In this document: positions 61,567-64,000 of the stretch, piece after piece
How positions within the stretch are numbered: position 1 is the first letter of the stretch
Layout: each line of letters opens with the position of its first letter
Source of the DNA: Acidimicrobiia bacterium
GTDB lineage: Bacteria; Actinomycetota; Acidimicrobiia; IMCC26256; JACDBD01
Direction of reading: 5' to 3'
DNA: 64,000 bases
NCBI GenBank assembly: GCA_035316025.1
Contig: DATFXL010000126.1
Coordinates: 10,642 to 74,641 of the forward strand
The notes under the pieces: generated by a model
What the model was told of the DNA's origin: nothing
What the model saw: only the letters and a program-made list of their open reading frames with translations
The model's database searches: none
Made by a program: the position numbers and the translations under genes

Positions 61567-64000
61567 TCACGGGTTTTTTCCAGTGTCGACCCATCGCCGG
61601 AACGTGGTCACCCAGTCGTCGTTCCATGCGCCGTCACAGGGCATGGACCCTTGTCGCAGTCGTGTGAGGATGTCGTCGGCGTGTTGGGTGACATCGTCGC
61701 GTGACCAGAGGTCGAAGGCGAACTTCATTGATTGTTGGTCTTTGGCACGGAACAGAGGCTTGATGTGGCGGTCGAAGCTGACGGTCTCGTCGGGACCTGG
61801 CAAGACGATTGCGCCATGGTCAGTCTCGTCCGTCGCTTCTTGCGCTGGTACTCGGATCGTCGGGGGGCCGGCGGCGCCCCAGGTCCATTTGGGCACGGGC
61901 GCCTGTTCGGGCGGTTGGGTACCGGGCTGGGCGTTCTGGACTGCGATTCGTGAGCTCCATTCGAGGAATCCGGCAAATGCTGAGCGGAACTCGGGATCAC
62001 GGGGCAGGCCGGCGTCGTCGGCGGATCGCAGCATGAGGACGACCCATCGGGCCCGCTGTTCTTCGGTGTGCGCGTTGTCCAGATCGTGGTCGATCTGGGT
62101 GTGCACGCCTTGCTTCGGGGTGTCGCTCGTGGGGCCGCCGAACACCTCGGCGAGCTGTTCCGCGACGAGTTGCGGGTGGTCGGGGGTCATGTCGGCGAAG
62201 AGGGGGGCCAGGACGGGATCCTCGGGTGCGTATCGCTCATAGAAGAAGTGGGACATGCGGCTCAGCGCTGGGAGCCCACCGCACCATTCGAACAGGGTCG
62301 GCTCGTGGTCAGGGTCGGGCACCGGATCGTGGAAGTCGACGTACCAGTGCATGCCGCTACAGAACGGTTTGTTCTGCGAGTGACCGCAGCGGCAGAGCGC
62401 GTAGTGCTCGTGGGAGGCGCCGTGGTTACGGGTTAGCCGACCGTCGGAGACTTCGGCGAGCGCGATGCCTCCGGTGATGCGGTATGGGCCGTCCTTGGTG
62501 ACTTCGATGGTCGGGTCACGTTGGTCGTCCCAGTCGACGTGGCGACGCTGCTCGCGTGCGTCGAGCGCGTAGCTCAGAGCTCCCGATGGGCAATTGCGAA
62601 CGGCGCGGATGATCTCGTCCATGCGCCCGCCGCTGGGCGCCACGAAAGGCTCTTGGTCGACTCGGAACACGGCCGCGAGACGGTCGCTGCAGAGGCCGGA
62701 GTGCTGACAGGTGCCGCGATTGTCAAGGATCGTGACCTGGACCCCGTCGTAGGTGTCGCGACGGTCGGGGACGCGCTTGGGGTCCTTGGCGCTGCGGAAG
62801 CCGATGGCGGCGTGGGTGCCGTCGCAAAGAGGTTTGATCGCAGAGCCCCCGCATCGGCACAGGGCCATCTGGGGCCGAGTCGGAATGCCGCTGCCCAGCC
62901 AGTCTCGGAGGTTGGCGGGGTTGGTGACCAGGTATGGCCCGTCCGGGGCGGGTTCGATCCTGCTGTCGAGGCGCGTTTGCAGGCCGCGTAACTCGGCGAG
63001 CCGGGATGCGGCCTCTTCGGGCTCCGCCAGCTGGGTGGCGAGGTCCTGGAGAGCGGCCACGGCTTCCGTGAGCTGAGGTGGACTGGCCGTCCCGAGCGCG
63101 GCGCGCAGCGAGGTTGCCGTCGTGGTGATGGCCCACAGAGGATCTTGCGCGCTGTCGAGCTGCTTCCCGTCGTCGGCGTCGTGCCCGGCGACGTCGGTGG
63201 CGGCGGAATCGTGGAGGGCATCGGCGAAGGGGCGCAGCACGCTCTCGATCAACCGGCGAGCCGTGCCGACATCTGGCGCCCGGTCGTGGTCAGGGGACGT
63301 CAAGAGGCTCAGCGTGAGCTGCCGCGTCCGGTCGAACAGCGACCCGAGGTGGCCTGACGTGGAGGCGGAGGCGGCACGGCGGGCGAGTTCTTCGGTTCGG
63401 CCGCGCAGCGCCTGGAGGTCAGCCGCACCGGCTTGGACCGCGGCGGGTGGAACGGTGGAGAGATTCGTGCGTGCCCGTGCTCCCCAGTCCGGGAAATGGC
63501 TTTGGAGCTTCTGGACCATGTCGGTGAGGGCGGCGCCGATCGGCGCGAGTTCATTCCCTACGTCATCGGGCCATTTGGAGCGGACCCGCTCGCAGAACGC
63601 AGCCGCCTCGTCGAGGCGTTCGGCCAACAGCGCCCAGGCGGCTTCGCGGTGCGGCATGAGGTAGTCGCTCTCATAGAACAGCTCGAAGCTCGCCCCCGCG
63701 GTTCGCCCCTCGAACTCGGGGCCCACGGGACGGGTGGTCACGAGCTCGCCCAAGGGTTCGATCACCTGAAACATCAAGGCCAGGGTCACGTCGGCGAGCG
63801 TCGCCAACTCAGCATCGGTCTCCTCGGTGTGGGCGAAGTACCGCTCGAGGATCTGCAAGAGCACCTCGTAGGCGACGTTGAACAAGTCGACGCATCGGGC
63901 GGTGACCGTGTCCGTGATCAGCGCGACGTCGACTCCCCGTTCGTTCGGTCGAACGTTGGCCGCCATGACCGGGCGGACGGGATCGAACTTCGGGTTCGCA
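61567..64000 (-). CDS. multidomain metalloprotein: ferritin-like region, CDGSH, ferredoxin-like Cys cluster, CDGSH, truncated-globin-like domain, unassigned C-terminal module; 5' end probably outside the window
   Basis: ORF 61567..63966 (799 aa). The reading frame stays open upstream of the first ATG to nt 64000 (ANPKFDPVRPV-MAANVRPNERG). Motifs: CRCGGSAIKPLCDGTH, TCQHSGLC...NCPSGAL, CRCGHSQNKPFCSGMH, TLFEWCGGLPALSRMSHFFYERY..., HIKPLFRAKDQQSMKFAFDLW...MPCDGAW. Confidence 0.8.
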   Translation of the reverse strand, partial: ANPKFDPVRPVMAANVRPNERGVDVALITDTVTARCVDLFNVAYEVLLQILERYFAHTEETDAELATLADVTLALMFQVIEPLGELVTTRPVGPEFEGRTAGASFELFYESDYLMPHREAAWALLAERLDEAAAFCERVRSKWPDDVGNELAPIGAALTDMVQKLQSHFPDWGARARTNLSTVPPAAVQAGAADLQALRGRTEELARRAASASTSGHLGSLFDRTRQLTLSLLTSPDHDRAPDVGTARRLIESVLRPFADALHDSAATDVAGHDADDGKQLDSAQDPLWAITTTATSLRAALGTASPPQLTEAVAALQDLATQLAEPEEAASRLAELRGLQTRLDSRIEPAPDGPYLVTNPANLRDWLGSGIPTRPQMALCRCGGSAIKPLCDGTHAAIGFRSAKDPKRVPDRRDTYDGVQVTILDNRGTCQHSGLCSDRLAAVFRVDQEPFVAPSGGRMDEIIRAVRNCPSGALSYALDAREQRRHVDWDDQRDPTIEVTKDGPYRITGGIALAEVSDGRLTRNHGASHEHYALCRCGHSQNKPFCSGMHWYVDFHDPVPDPDHEPTLFEWCGGLPALSRMSHFFYERYAPEDPVLAPLFADMTPDHPQLVAEQLAEVFGGPTSDTPKQGVHTQIDHDLDNAHTEEQRARWVVLMLRSADDAGLPRDPEFRSAFAGFLEWSSRIAVQNAQPGTQPPEQAPVPKWTWGAAGPPTIRVPAQEATDETDHGAIVLPGPDETVSFDRHIKPLFRAKDQQSMKFAFDLWSRDDVTQHADDILTRLRQGSMPCDGAWNDDWVTTFRRWVDTGKNP

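Noticed and set aside
59383-64000. Calling the lower-GC right end a mobile element or genomic island
   Set aside because: No integrase, transposase, tRNA target or flanking direct repeats are visible inside the window. Only the compositional shift is supported.

Overview
High-GC (about 70% by hand counts) Actinomycetota-type chromosomal segment. It is densely packed, with about 66 protein-coding genes on both strands. Mycothiol-type, F420/LLM-type and menaquinone genes support the taxonomic call. I recognised no rRNA, tRNA, CRISPR array, transposase or integrase. Most of the window is ordinary metabolic and detoxification content. This includes menF-menG behind a MerR gene, three AMP-dependent CoA ligases, an acyl-CoA dehydrogenase, a crotonase and two LLM oxidoreductases. 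It also includes four SAM methyltransferases, five VOC/glyoxalase paralogues, three MFS exporters and MerR, HxlR and AraC regulators. Well-supported functional units: (1) a TPP riboswitch, not visible in the ORF track, in front of thiN plus a thiamine-type ABC importer; (2) a cobalt-type nitrile hydratase beta-alpha-accessory cluster; (3) a YciI(DGPF) plus ECF42-like sigma pair with a candidate promoter; (4) an OmpR/HK two-component pair followed by a stand-alone ribB; (5) class A PBP, cold-shock protein and membrane acyl-CoA desaturase. Most unusual items: a partial megaprotein of at least 799 aa at the right edge; a lower-GC patch of three orphan genes next to it; a single-chain ECF sigma / ZAS anti-sigma / TM fusion; a tightly coupled six-gene operon with three unassigned small genes; and a codon-for-codon antisense overlap between an MFS gene and a small membrane gene. 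The megaprotein chains a ferritin-like region, two CDGSH motifs, a ferredoxin-like Cys cluster, a truncated-globin-like domain and an unassigned C-terminal module. All family assignments are by eye from motifs. No database search was run.
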